A stretch of 64,000 nt of DNA from Octopus vulgaris. Its lineage: Eukaryota. The notes under the pieces are model-generated. The model was not told where the DNA came from. It made no database searches and worked only from the letters and a program-made list of their open reading frames with translations. Both the position numbers and the translations under genes were made by a program. Below are positions 38,743 to 53,429 of the stretch, one piece after another (within the stretch, counting starts at the first letter, position 1; each line of letters opens with the position of its first letter). The DNA lies in the NCBI GenBank assembly GCA_951406725.2, contig OX597834.1:12586001-12650000 (forward strand). The letters run 5' to 3'.

Positions 38743-40714
38743 AGAAAATGTAGAGTTTAAATTGCTATAAATTAATCTATTGACATATTGCTACCAGATT
38801 GTTAATAAATCAATTTATATACATTCAAACCCTTCATTTTCATACGTAATGTTATACGAATTTTATAACATACCTATTTTTATTGAAGATATATTTCTCA
38901 ATAATATAAGCCATTAAACCAGTGTATGTTGGAGGAAATCATCCCTTTACGATGTTAATATATCCTTCCAGTGACTATATATATATATATATATTGTGTC
39001 ATAATAACACATACTAATATGTATAGATATGGGTTTGTATATACACAGAATGTATGTAATATATAATGAACACACAAATGTGCTATGTGGTGTGTATGTG
39101 TTCTGGGGTAGGTTTGTGTCTGTGTTTTTCCACATCACTGCTTCTCATTCGGTCTTGGCGGGTCTACGTACAATTAACCTAGCTGCTAGGATCAAAGTGT
39201 GCAATAGAATAAGTACCAGACTTCAGAAAATATAAGTAATTGGATAGATTCATTCAACCGAAAATGTTACTGCAGCATGGCCGCATTCGAGTGACTGAGA
39301 CAAGCAAAATACAAAATATACGTTTGTATTTATCCAACGAAAAGATGCACAATGTTATGGCGTCAAATGCCTAGAATCGAGCGAACACCACCTAGGTATA
39401 CCAAGCACTCAGGAGGTAATAGTTAAACTTAGTGGGTGTTTAAATCTACACACGTTAGGCATCATATCTCACGTAATATATCTCATATCTCTACAATATA
39501 TATACAAACAACCTAGGAGAAGTTAGACCTTTGACATGCAAAAACATTGCTCTATCTTCATTATCTGCTCATAGTTAACAAGACACGTTTATCATGTGCA
39601 AATACTTCATAAATCGCTCTAAAAAGGGTCGTCTGACAGATTGGCAAGCTTTCACTAACTGTTAATTCTCGCACGAATTCAATTACCGATTAGAGCTTAC
39701 AGATATCCTTTCCGTTGTTAATGATTAACGAAAAAGCACGACTGTCAACATTTCACAAATCCGCCATGTTTTTTTTTTTTAAATAAATGTTATTTAAGTC
39801 TAGTAAAATATATGCTAATATTGATTTAAAATACCGACCAATTTCGATTGAGCCTAGAATTTAGTTTCCTGAGGAAGCGATTGCTATTCCAATTAAATTT
39901 TAGTGACCTTAGAAATTACACAAATTTAAAATGCTAGAAAATTCAACCCTTTTAATATTTCTCGCTTTGTGCCTCTGTTGAACGTTATCGCATGTTGTTA
40001 GAATGGGAACGCATATTGAATGCAATCAGTAATGCGAAGCAAATTTAATTTCCGGTTTGGTTATTGAAACGAATACATCAAAACGGAAGAGATAGTAGTG
40101 AGACAACATACACCCACGCTGTGTGTGTATTTTGCTATTCATAAAGTGCTCTGAGTATGCTAAACTCCTCTACCCATCTGATATAATCCAGTTTATTATT
40201 ACGTAGAATATGCTGCTGTTTCCATTAGTGTCATCGATTGACCACAATTCAGCATTGATTGAGCAGATCAATGAACAAAAGGATGTCCAACCATGAGTAT
40301 CACTTCTTTATTGAATACCTAGGAACACATTGTCCGAGCTACCCTTCGAACTAAAATCGCTAACTGGATGAAGGTTTATACAATAATTCTGTTTAGTAAC
40401 AAAAACATCTAATCCATAAACTGAATGGTCAAATTCTTTTCAAAAATTTTACTTTATCAATATTCTCTGTAGGAAAAAATGGCATTGTTATACTTCAAAG
40501 CAGTTGCCTTTTAGTTCTGCACAAAATACCAGAAAAAAATGGAAAGGAAGACAAGATTAATATATGACGGCTATTAATATATGACGTAAATGAAAATTTG
40601 TTAAAACCCTGATGCTATCTGGTCTGTAGGGAACTCAAGATTTCTTCTGATATTCATTGGTTCAAGGTGATTTACTCTTTTTTTAATTTTTAATTTTTTA
40701 TTTTCAATTTTTTT

Positions 40715-41057
40715 TTACTTGTTTCAGTCAGTTGACTGCGGCCATGCTGGAGCACCACCTTTAGTCGAGCAAATCGACCCCGGGACTTATTCTTTGTAAG
40801 CCCGAACCGCTATGTGACGGGGGACGTAAACACGCCAGCATCGGTTGTCAAGCAATGCTAGGCGGACAAACACAGACACACAAATACACACATACATATA
40901 CATATATACGACAGGCTTCTTTCAGTTTCCGTCTACCAAATCCACTCACAAGGCATTGGTCGGCCCGGGGCTATAGCAGAAGACACTTGCCCAAGATGCC
41001 ACGCAGTGGGACTGAACCCGGAACCATGTGGTTGGTTAGCAAGCTACTTACCACACA
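40715..41057 (-). mobile_element. SINE A
   Basis: Family A with an internal deletion and clipped head. Confidence 0.9.
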
Positions 41058-41934
41058 TTTCAGATTTTTTTTAATATTACAATGTTTAACCGCATACAGA
41101 CACACGCGAATATGAATGTATAGGTATGCGAGTAAATGTCTTCGAATATTCTGAAGAACTACCGACCGCATCTGAATCACCTTAGTAATGTTATGTGTAG
41201 CATTCCCGGAATGAATGGCAATGTCTGTCTTTGAGTAAGTATTCTCTTTAACGTTGCTTTAATCTACTCAACTCAGATTGATTATTGGCTTAGATGCTAC
41301 TGCGGGCGTATTTTTCCTCTCACTTATACACTCCCAATAAAGACTTAGCTCAAAGTGTATGGGGTACCGAGGGAATACTCACGTTAGCTGATAACCATAT
41401 TGGTACCTAAACAATTTATAAATACATTGTGCATGTTGTGCATGCGTCTGCATTTGCACGCAAGTAACAGTTCCGATGTACTTGCTCTGTGCAAGTATTC
41501 TAACAATTTTGATCACAAAATGAATCCTCATAAAAATATTAAGATAGCTCCTATCTCCACCCTACTAAAAATGTCTTAGATGTTACATAATTTAAGGCTT
41601 GTTTTCTTCAATTAATGCTCTTCTCCTTAATATATTGTTTATCATTAAATTTGCGTTTTATTTAAAGAAAATTTGGGGCTTCTAATATCGTGATTGCAAA
41701 TGATCATTCCTACATTAGAAATACCAAATTATAAATATTTTGATATTCCATTTATCATTATCTTAATCACAGATTATCATTAAGGTACCCAGTAGCATGG
41801 AAATATAGCATTGTATGCCCGGAAAATATTCGTTCAAATGTTTCCCCTTTGTTCGGAGTTTGAAATTATGTATAATCGAGAATAATCTCCATTATCATTA
41901 AGCAAATGTTGTCAGACCTTTATATTCTTAGATA

Positions 41935-42154
41935 TACTCTTTTACTGCTGGAGTACCGCCTTTAGTCGAGCAAATCGACCCCAGGACTTATTCTTTGTAA
42001 GCCTAGTACTTATTCTATCGGTCTCTTTTGCTGAACCGCTAATTTACGAGGACGCAAGCATACCAGTATCGGTTATCAAGCGATGTTGTGGGGACAAACA
42101 CAGACACACAAACATACACCCAAGCATACACACACACATACATACATACATACA

Positions 42155-42208
<54 letters not shown>

Positions 42209-42387
42209 AACATACATATATACGACGGGCTTCTTTCAGTTTCCGTCTACCAGAACCACTCACAAGGATCTGGTCAGCCCGAGGCTATAGTAGCAGACAT
42301 TTGCCGAAGGTGCCACGCAGTGGGACTGAACCCGTGACCATGTGGTTGGTAAGCAAGCTACTTACCACACAGCCACTCCTGCGCCTA
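41935..42387 (-). mobile_element. SINE A
   Basis: Family A with a deletion in the tail. Confidence 0.9.
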
Positions 42388-42561
42388 TAGCATAATAAAA
42401 TTATGCAAAGAGACGACAAAGACAATACAGATAGCAAGAGAAGAATGTAATGTAGCGTATAGCTGCCTCGGCATTATACGATATTTCATTCAGCTATGAA
42501 AAATCAGGGAACCAAACAGAATAATAATGATAACAACAACAATAATAATAATAATAATAAT

Positions 42562-42929
42562 ACTCTTTTACTCTCTTTTACTCTTTTACTTGTTTCAGTC
42601 ATTTGACTGCGGCCATGCTGGAGCACCACCTTTTAGTACTTATTCTATCGGTCTCTTTTTGCCGAACCGCTAAGTGACGGGGACCTAAACACACCAGCAT
42701 CGGTTGTCAAGCAATGCTAGGGGGACAAACACAGACACACAAACACACACACATATACATATATATACATATATACGACAGGCTTCTTTCAGTTTCCGTC
42801 TACCAAATCCACTCACAAGGCATTGGTCGGCCCGGGGCTATAGCAGAAGACACTTGCCCAAGATGCCACGCAGTGGGACTGAACCCGCAACTGTGTGGTT
42901 GGTTAGCAAGCTACTTACCACACAGCCAC
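42562..42929 (-). mobile_element. SINE A within (TAA)n
   Basis: Family A; head clipped where the TAA tract and Dong fragment begin. Confidence 0.9.
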
Positions 42930-42945
42930 AATAATAATAATAATA

Positions 42946-43226
42946 GGAAACCCCAAAATGGCAGAAATTCAAAAGATAGTGCTCATGGGAACTGCTCATA
43001 TCCTACGCAAAATACTCTCTATGTAATCCCAAGGTTTAAAACAAACTTTTATTTATTTATTTATTTATTTATTTATTATTTTTTTTATGTATTAGACATT
43101 CACTAGTACAACACACAAAAAAAAACCCCAAATATATGGCACAGAACTTCCAACCTGTTGTCTCTTGAGGTCTCTGGGTGAGACTTGGAGCCAACTTGTA
43201 CAGACATAAAGCAAAAGTCAAACATA

Positions 43227-43263
<37 letters not shown>
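42946..43263 (+). mobile_element. 5'-truncated R4/Dong-clade LINE 3' end in a (TAA)n tract
   Basis: 42946-43026 reads GNPKMAEIQKIVLMGTAHILRKILSM*; about 200-bp 3' UTR; (TAA)n on both sides. Confidence 0.8.
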
Positions 43264-43272
<9 letters not shown>

Positions 43273-44641
43273 AATAAATAAACATGGAAAAATTAGTGAT
43301 ATTGAGAAGGAATGTTTGCAATTAGAAAGAATGATATATCAACCATTAATACAAATCAATTTAACGCATATGACATTGTAGTATTAGACAGATATATAAC
43401 GGAAATATATCCAGTATATCGTAACATTAGCGTGGAATGATAAAAAGACAAAAGAAAATAAGATCTAAAATGAGAGTAATTTTAATAATAATGCGTCCCA
43501 TTTTATGTGATTTTGCACAGAGTGGAGTGAGAAAGGAAAATGTTGCGAGGGCGTGGCCTATTTGATGTCAGAAGATTTCCAATCGTGATTGTGAAGACAG
43601 AATGTAACTTTTCACCATCACATCAAAAACAGAATCGGTTCCATTGTGTAAATAAATGGCACACGAACTAATAAATCAATGATAGAAGTCTATATAAAGT
43701 GTTCTCATCAAAAACTATCAAAGTGTTTCTGAACGTATAGCTACTTAGTCCACTTGTAATGAAGAAGTGCATTCTACGTTTAATGACTGCAATATAGCGT
43801 ATCATATACCGTGCAAGCCTAGAAATTGACCTTATCTTGTTTGTACAAATTTATAACAAAAATTATTTAATATAATCTGTACATCACACATAATAAATAC
43901 AACGTTTGTTAAATTAAGATTTATGAGTAAACTGTGCGAAGAAATGACCTCATTACACATCAAAGCAATCGCTGTTTCTTTCGGAATAAAAGAGATGCGC
44001 TCACATATTTATACATACATTTGTTTTTCCCTACGTAAATAGATACGGAGACTGTTGGCTGGAAGTCTCAACGATGTTTTACTTTTAATAGCTGTCCGGA
44101 AACATATTTCACATTCACGAATATCTAAAGCATATTTGAATTATTCTATTAGTTGAAGTGGATAATCACTGTAATTATTGAAGACGGTGATTAACAGGAA
44201 TTATGATGGATTAATTAAATATGCTTTGATAATTAAATATGCTTTGATGAGTCTTAGTAGTAGGGCGGTGGACTGACGAAATAATCGGCGCCTGGCAGTA
44301 CGGTGTTTATTCTGACGCATTTGAATTCTCTGATGAAACACTTCCCTGATCTAACTGGGTGATGGAACACCACCGTAAACAACCTTGTTTACCACCAACA
44401 CATGACACTTCGGTGTCTTTGACACACGTATAATTTCTCCGTCTCAAGATTATCTTCCTATCTCAGTTCATATCAACCGTCCAGCAACCATAGGTATTGT
44501 TGTCAGTATCACTCTTAGGATAGATATTTATCAACATTTATATTAATCTTTGAATTCTCGAGTTTGAGTTTGATTTTCAAAATGCTATTTTTTGCTGCAT
44601 ATGAACATAGAAAAAAAGTAGGTTATTTTCTACTAAATCAT

Positions 44642-45052
44642 AGGCGCAGGAGTGGCTGTGTGGTAAGTAGCTTGCTAACCAACCACATGGTTCCGGGTTC
44701 AGTCCCACTGCGTGGCTTCTTAGGCAAGTGTCTTCTGTTATAGCCCCGGGCCGACCAATGCCTTGTGAGTGGATTTGGTAGACGGAAACTGAAAGAAGCC
44801 TGTCGTATATATGTATATATATATGTGTGTATGTGTGTGAGTGTTTGTGTATGTGTGTTTGTCCCCCTAGCATTGCTTGACAACCGATGCTGGTGTGTTT
44901 ACGTCCCTGTCACTAGTGGTTCGGCTAAAAGAGACCGATAGAATAAGTACTGGGCTTACAAATGAATAAGTCCCGGGGTCGATTTGCTCGACTAAAGGTG
45001 GTGATCCAGCATGGCCGCAGTCAAATGACTGAAACATGTAAAAGAGTAAAAG
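44642..45052 (+). mobile_element. SINE A, full length
   Basis: Family A consensus. Confidence 0.92.
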
Positions 45053-45372
45053 CGTAATTATTTTCTAGTAAGTATTTTCCAAACCTGCACAAACGAAGAT
45101 ATAGCATTCCTGAATGTGAACGTATTTATAGCGTTTAGAAGTTAGTGCAACAAAGAGGAATATATGTGACATATTATCAGACGAACCACTTTCAGCTCAC
45201 AAATAAAAGGTAGATTGATTTACTCGTCTGAAGTTGCAGTGTCAGGGAATTTTAAGGTAGATCTGGTACATTATTATTGAAAATAATGTTAGCTGTTGCA
45301 TTGTGAAGTTGTTTGTACACAGGCATAACTGATGATACAGATGTACAAGTGAATATTATTCAATTCCTAACT

Positions 45373-45375
<3 letters not shown>

Positions 45376-45412
<37 letters not shown>

Positions 45413-45782
45413 CCTATATATATATATTTATACCTATATATATATAAATATATATACACACTTATATATATATATATATTTATACCTATATATATATATA
45501 TAAATATATATACACACATATATATATTTATACCTATATATATATAAATATATATACACACATATATATATATTTATACCTATATATATATAAATATATA
45601 TACACACATATATATTTATACCTATATATATATAAATATATACACACATATATATATATATATATTTATACCTATATATATATAAATATATATACACACA
45701 TATATATAAATATATATACACACTTATATATATAAATATATATACACACTTATATATATATATATACATATATATATATACA

Positions 45783-45827
<45 letters not shown>

Positions 45828-45875
45828 TTATATATATATATATATATATTACACTTATATAATATATATATATAT
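45376..45875. repeat. TA-rich minisatellite (TATTTATACC(TA)nAA(TA)nCACAC)
   Basis: Directly visible higher-order unit. Confidence 0.9.
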
Positions 45876-46834
45876 GTGTGTGTGTGTGTCTGTGTGTGTA
45901 TGCATATGCGTGCACGTGTTCAACAAGAGATCTTCCAGTCCCGACTCCATTCAACGTTTGGAACGAGATACACATCGTTTAGGTGTTAACTACGACACCA
46001 CTTGCAAGTGTTTTCTAGTTTCCTTCAATTGTTGACGGCAAACACTCAGACACACGCACATACGTATCTTTTTATATGCGTGCATGTTTCAGTGTGTCTA
46101 TGTAGATGTAATAATACATATACATAGCTTCACACGAACACAGAAACACATACACACTCACCTACATATACATTCGATAGTCATAATTACATATTTCCCG
46201 ATGAGATGACGGAGTCAACAAAAGTACGAATATACAGATGTAAAATAAATACAATCACTGTACCTTACATATGAAGGTATTTTCTCTCGCTTTCGACTTT
46301 AGAAATATAGTCTACAGAGATGTTAGTTTATCTATATGAAACAATAAAAATACTTCTTATTAAATATATTATATAAAACTTGTTTCCATACTGTACATAT
46401 TATAATTCACATAATTACATATGCCTACAGTTGTGAATAATAACCAAATAATAGCTGCTTCGCGATGGAAAAGGTCAGGATATAATGCATGCCATTTATG
46501 CTATCAGATATTGAGAAAAATTTCTATGTCTTTATCATTTATTTTCTTTGTATATTTAGACTTAATTATCATAGCTTCAGTGTAGATTATTCGAATCAAA
46601 TATACTACAGATAACATAATTAAATGACATTTAACTTCTCCCCAGAAAACATCATGTTCACAATTTTATTTCAATTTGACTTTATATCTCTTTCTTTGTG
46701 TGATAATATAGTTTATGTCGTTACAAAGAAATCAATATTTAAGGTATATAAAACTGGATTTCATGCGCAATAGTCAGCATTCATACACATTTCTCATGAA
46801 AGCAATACACTCCCCGATCTTTTTCGACTATCTG

Positions 46835-46887
46835 TGTGTGTATATATATATACACATACATACATATATATATACATACATACATAT

Positions 46888-46930
<43 letters not shown>

Positions 46931-46992
46931 CATATATATATACATACATACATATATATATATACATATATATATATACATACATACATATG

Positions 46993-47030
<38 letters not shown>

Positions 47031-47534
47031 CATATATATATACACGCATACATATATATATATATATATATATACATACATATATATATACATACATATA
47101 TATATATACACGCATATATATATATATACACGCATATATATATATACACATATATATATATATATACACATATATATATATATATACACATACATATATA
47201 TATATACACATACATATATATATATATACACATACATATATATATATACACATACATATATATATATATACATACATATATATATATATACATATACACA
47301 TACATATATATATATACATACACATATATATATATATATATACATACATATATATATATATACATACACATATATATATATATATATACATACACATATA
47401 TATATATACATACACATATATATATATATACATACACATATATATATATACATACACATATATATATATATACATACACATATATATATATATACATACA
47501 CATATATATATATATATATATATACATACACATA

Positions 47535-47576
<42 letters not shown>

Positions 47577-47936
47577 CATACACATATATATATATATACA
47601 TACACATATATATATATATACACATATATATATATATATATAATATATATATATATACATACATATATATATACACACATACATATATATATATATACAC
47701 ACATACATATATATATACATACATATATATATATACACATACATACATATATATACATATACATACATATATATACATACATACATATGTATACATACAT
47801 ATATATACATACATACATATATATACATACATACATACATATACATACATACATATGTATACATACATACATACATACATATATACATACATACATATAT
47901 ACAGACATACATATATAGATACATACATATGTATAC

Positions 47937-47969
<33 letters not shown>

Positions 47970-48162
47970 CATACATATATATATACATACATAAATATAT
48001 ACATACATATATATACATACATAAATATATACATACATATATATACATACATACATATATACATACATATATATATATTATATATATATATGTGTTTTTA
48101 AACATATACATACATACATATGTATACATACATACATATATATATACATTCACATATATATA

Positions 48163-48220
<58 letters not shown>
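46835..48220. repeat. About 1.4-kb (TA)n/(TACA)n compound microsatellite
   Basis: Directly visible; source of the 270-480 aa Y/I/H/T ORFs. Confidence 0.97.
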
Positions 48221-48223
<3 letters not shown>

Positions 48224-48688
48224 GAGTAGACTATCTTGGAAGCACGATATTGTTAGAGAAAAGTGGATCGTTATAATATATTGTGGATCGATAATATAGA
48301 ACACGCTGGGAGTGTTGCGGGAGATAAATGATGAAAGCTAAAACAAAACATTTCCCCTTTTTGCAGGTGTGTTCTATGATTGAATAAAACTATGTTATGA
48401 AGGGAAAATTGTGTATAGTGAAGAGCTGGGATCTATTGCGCTAATATAACGTAACGTGTTTCATATTTGTGTTTGTACGCGATTCTGTATGCAACTACGC
48501 ATGTTTTTTTGTGCATAGATAAATACAGAAACAAACAGACACACAAACTCCTATCTATACGTATAGTCAATTGAAATAATCTATCCTCCACACACAAACA
48601 ATGATGAATGGAATATAGCATCTTGACGCTCGTTGAAAAGAAAGGATTAACATTTCGAGCATAGCTCCCTCTCCGTCTCTTCCCTTAT

Positions 48689-48727
<39 letters not shown>

Positions 48728-48841
48728 TATAGAAGCATGCAGACAAATATATGAAATTATGTCTAATGTATGTATACAAGTAAATACACACACTGACTGA
48801 CACACACATACACATATATATATACATACATATATACATAC

Positions 48842-48893
<52 letters not shown>

Positions 48894-49651
48894 ACAGATA
48901 GGAGGAATTTCGATTATCCCCACGTGTTGATATATATATATATATGTGTGTTTGTGTGTGTATATATATATATATATATAAATGTTTATATGTGTGTATA
49001 TAAGTATACGAATGTATGTATACCTATGTGTATATATATTTTTCTTTGGTTATGTGTATCCACATATCTATCATTAGACTTTAATATTAATTCAGGCAAC
49101 AAAAATATGGCTTGATGTACGAGAACCTCATATTCAGGATAAAATTTTTATATTCTTACTTATGCAACATTTTTTACAATAATTTGCAATTATTTTTCTC
49201 TGCATATTTCATATAATGCACGATGTAAGATTTTATATAAAGCACAATTAAATATTTCAGTTATATAAAATCCGAAAATGGATTAACGAGTAAAAATGCA
49301 ATTATGATGTGAAAATTTATGCAAATATGCACAATTTGTAATATATTTACACCTAACCCAGCTGTATATGTATACATGCATTTCAATATATAATTATAAA
49401 TTACATCTGTCGATTTTAATACTTTTACCATGCAAACATAATTAAAATTGCAAACACAGCGTTAACAGGGAGATTTCACTCCCATTAAACTTTGGATTGG
49501 CTTAACAAGATTTGTATTACTTTGAGTTTTTTAAATCATGATATATTTTATCCAATTTCTTTCACATTATTTTCTTCAAGGTAGAATACACAATATATTC
49601 TATATATAGTAATCAAGCCCGTGCACTATTTTTTTTATCTACGTTTATTTA

Positions 49652-49848
49652 CTGCGCAGGTATGGCTGTGTGGTAAGATGCATACTTCCTAACAATATGG
49701 TTCCTGTTTCAGTCCCACAATGTGGTACCTGCGGAAAGTGTCTTCCATTATAGCGTCATGCTCACCAAAGATTTATGAGTGAATTTTATAGACGGAAACT
49801 AAGAGAAGCCCGTTGTATATATGTGTGTGTGTGGGGGTGTATATATAC

Positions 49849-49898
<50 letters not shown>

Positions 49899-50140
49899 TT
49901 ACGTGTGTCTTTGTGTTTGTCTTTGTTTCCCCACTATCGCTCGGCAACTGATTTTGGTGTGTTTACGTCCCCGTAAATTAGCGGTTCGGCAAAAGTGACC
50001 TATAGAATAAGTACTTGTAATAGGCTTATAAACTATAAGTCCTGGGAGCGATTTCTCCGACTAAGTATCACTCTAAGGCGATGCTCCAGCATGGCAGCAG
50101 TCAAACGACTGAAACAAGAAAAAGAGTAAAAGAATGAAAG
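49652..50140 (+). mobile_element. SINE A, old diverged copy
   Basis: Recognisable head, body and tail with many substitutions. Confidence 0.8.
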
Positions 50141-50974
50141 AATCTGATAATTGTCTATTTCTGAAATTAAAAATTAGGGATACATTCGTTATGTAGGAAT
50201 GCAGGGGTCGTTACTTTGTCTTTCGTTCATCTCTGCATCCATACACCTTATCACATTCATTCTTTTTATTGAATGTTTCCTTTCGTGTGAATATACATAA
50301 TCTGTGAGGAAGTCTGATGACTGTTCATGCGTTACAGATTGCATAATCAAAATTACTAAATTAAATTTCAATTTACCGTTTTTTTAACAATTTTCGGATC
50401 AAAACCATTTAGACATTGCGTTAAATATTATAAGTTGTGAACGTTTGAGTTTTATCAAATTTCATAAAAGAAAATGTTCATAGATCTCACTCCCACAGGC
50501 TTTCGAATTCTGCTTCACTGCGTCGAACCTTGGGTAAGAATCATTTACTATAAGCCCAAGATAACTAATACATCGTAAATGGATTTGCTTCAAGGAAAGC
50601 AAATGGAGAATGTCCTGTCTCTCTATGTATGTAAGTATGTATGTATGCATACATGTACGTGTCTGTCTGTCTGTCTATCTATCTCAATGAAAGGTCCAGA
50701 AACGACGTACTTTTTTATATTATTGAATGTTATGAATATTTGAATCATATGTGATATTACTGAAACTTGTAAAACATTGAAACTGCTAAGCATGTTTTTC
50801 TAATTAATAATTAAAAATTTATCAATGATAAGCAAGAAATATTTTGAACCTAGTTTGGTATGTACGTAAATAAATTTATTTTAAAACAATTACGAGTTTT
50901 TCAAATTTACGTGCGTTGTCAACAATAAATTTTCCTATATTTTGATGCATGTCTATATATATGTATATATATAT

Positions 50975-51147
50975 GTAGCCACTACACACATTTTTTCTCT
51001 CCTTGTTTTTTCTGTGTCCCTTTCTGTACAAGAGCGTAGGCTCGAAATGTAAAATACTTTTTTCTATTCCTGAGCGTTTTACTAATACATCTGTTTGTTT
51101 TGTACACCACCTGTCTTCGTCTTTTGTTTTTTTTCGTAAACTCTCCA
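50975..51147 (+). mobile_element. HH-B, diverged copy
   Basis: 51020-51055: CTTT-CTGTACA-A-GAGC-GTAG-GCTC-GAAA-TGT-A-AAAT; in (TA)n. Confidence 0.65.
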
Positions 51148-51771
51148 TATATATGTATGTATATTTGCTCACGTAGGCCTTTCACTTTAGATTGTGTCTA
51201 AGTAATCAAGTAAGAAAGCGTTGGATGTACCGTGCTTGCAGTCGGACACAATACACAAACGTGCTAAACCAGTGGGAATGACACCGCAAAGACTCGATTG
51301 AAAACGTAACTCTATAAAAGCAGTAATTTGTCTGTCTAAAATAATATTCAGGAGAAAAATCTTAAAGCCATTTAGGCTGGTACACAATCGCATTCTGAGA
51401 CACAACAGATGTAAGGAGTAGGATTAAGAAATATTGTTTGAGGATTTACAAAAAATCACAGCAAGTCAACGACAGAAGAGCTATCTTTTTGAAGAATAAT
51501 ATAGAAGAATACAATAGCAATATTGAAGATTTGCCTAAAATTCACTCTGACATAACAATAAATTCAAGAAAGACGAATATTAAAACATAACCATTTTAGA
51601 AGTTACGAGCAGAAAAAGTGAAGAATTATTTAATACAAAGAATAGGAATTTTCAAATTCATATTTAATATGATTACCCGCTGGGCATTTGCGATAATGCA
51701 ATAAATAACATATGAAACCAGCTGGCATCAATACTTAAAAATAATATACTTTTCAATATATATTTATGCAT

Positions 51772-51826
<55 letters not shown>

Positions 51827-51880
51827 TTGATATCTTCTTTCGTAACATCTATCTCACTCAAAAATCAATATATCTAAGCC

Positions 51881-51916
<36 letters not shown>

Positions 51917-52480
51917 TATATACGTACAGACAAAGAAACATACATACACATGCATGCATGCAAACATGCGTACACATACATATATAGATATATACATGCA
52001 TATACATACATATATACATAAATAGATACAACCCATATAGATATATACAGGTATATACATAAGTAGATACATTGCATAAATTCACTTACAGAAATGTCTA
52101 TGTATATGAATGAACTCACTAGCACGTTCCAATATCTGCGTGTTGTATACACATGGATCTGAAAATGTTACATCTTTGTACGTATCTTCCGTATGTGAGA
52201 GATCGCATAGAATGCTACATTTACAAACTAAATAATACAAAACTCAGTAGGATAGAACTGGAAGGGACATACGGTAAAACCGCAGCTCATAGCATAATAA
52301 ACGATAGAATGGTTGCACATAGGAATACTGAAAACAGATCACTGACAGAAACTCGTTCAAACTACGCTACACAAATGGAGTTCGAATCCATGCATAAGGA
52401 AAATGAGATCGTGATTGCAGGAGAAAGAACAAGTATGACCACCAGTAATAACTCCGCTTAGAGAACTGGAAAAGCATAAT

Positions 52481-52880
52481 ATGACTTGTAACTACAGACA
52501 AAAAGTGGAATGCCGGTTTAACAACAACTACGTGATAAGGTATGTAGTTTACAATTGTGAGGTCAAGGCGGGTACATAGAAATACCTACATTGGTGGTAC
52601 CGGAGAAACCATGAAAAACCGTCTTCGCAACCGTCTTACGTCATTTTCCAATGTAAACAAAAGACACTCCACATCACGATCAAACCTCATCTGAAGGCTC
52701 AATCTGAATGGGCTGGAGCATACAGCCCCCTCGTCTATTATAGAAAATGCTCCATTATACAACAGAACATCGTGGGTGTGCAACTTATGCCAGGTTGAAA
52801 TACTGGAGATCGTCACATCCAGAGTGAACAATTAATAGACGCTCCGAAGTTATATTAGGTAAGCATATACGCAAAATGAC
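52481..52880 (+). pseudogene. Decayed Penelope-like retroelement GIY-YIG endonuclease
   Basis: With frameshifts and stops: TCNYRQKVECRFNNNYVIRYVVYNCEV / TYIGGTGETMKNRLRNRLTSFSNVNKRHSTSRSNLI*RL...IIENAPLYNRTSWVCNLCQVEILEI / INRRSEVILGKH; matches the PLE pattern CNC..CP..VVY..YIG.T..K.R..SF..ST.LS..IW..C.LC..E..N.RSE. Confidence 0.8.
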
Positions 52881-52903
52881 AGGTAGCATATTTTTATATT
52901 GTA

Positions 52904-53252
52904 CTAGCAGTATCGCCCGGCGTTGCTCGAGTTTGTAAGGGAAATAACTATAAAGCATTTTAGAGAGTTATAGCCAAAAAATAGCAAAAAATGCATCAAA
53001 AATGAAAAAAAAAATTTTAGAGAGTTACTTCCCTTATATTAAAAAAATATGCATTAAAATGGAAAACATGATGGTAAATTATTTTTTAAATCGTAGACTC
53101 ATCGTAGACGCGCGCTAATACCCAGAAGGGCTCGATATGAATCACGACTATAAGATACCCGGTTTTGGTTAAACTGCACCGCAAAATGTGGGAGTAGTTA
53201 GGAATCTAAATCGGAGTAGACAGACACACAACCTTTCTTTTATATATAAAGA
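52904..53252 (-). mobile_element. Non-autonomous Helitron (family D), internally deleted
   Basis: Same TC...hairpin-CTAG termini and A|T target as 30805-31202. Confidence 0.9.
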
Positions 53253-53429
53253 TATGTTACAACATTATTCCACCAAAAGCAATTAAAAGTTCAGGTTAAG
53301 AAAGTATCATTTGTCAACTCAGACAATGAACCCGAGTAACTGGATGGCTATAGTGGCTGTACTTGCTGATCCGACCGCTTCTTAATTCATTGTGCTGGGC
53401 CCTGTTGTGAGGAAGATCAAACCAAAGGC

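Noticed and set aside
43545-43700. GC box (GGGCGTGGCC), CCAAT and TATATAAA in promoter-like order
   Set aside because: Short motifs with no downstream exon or transcript evidence; could be chance.
46715-48168. Long ORFs of 270-482 aa (and similar ones at 4121-4933, 32853-33443 and 34137-34774)
   Set aside because: They are translations of (TA)n/(TACA)n microsatellites, open on both strands in several frames; no coding signal.
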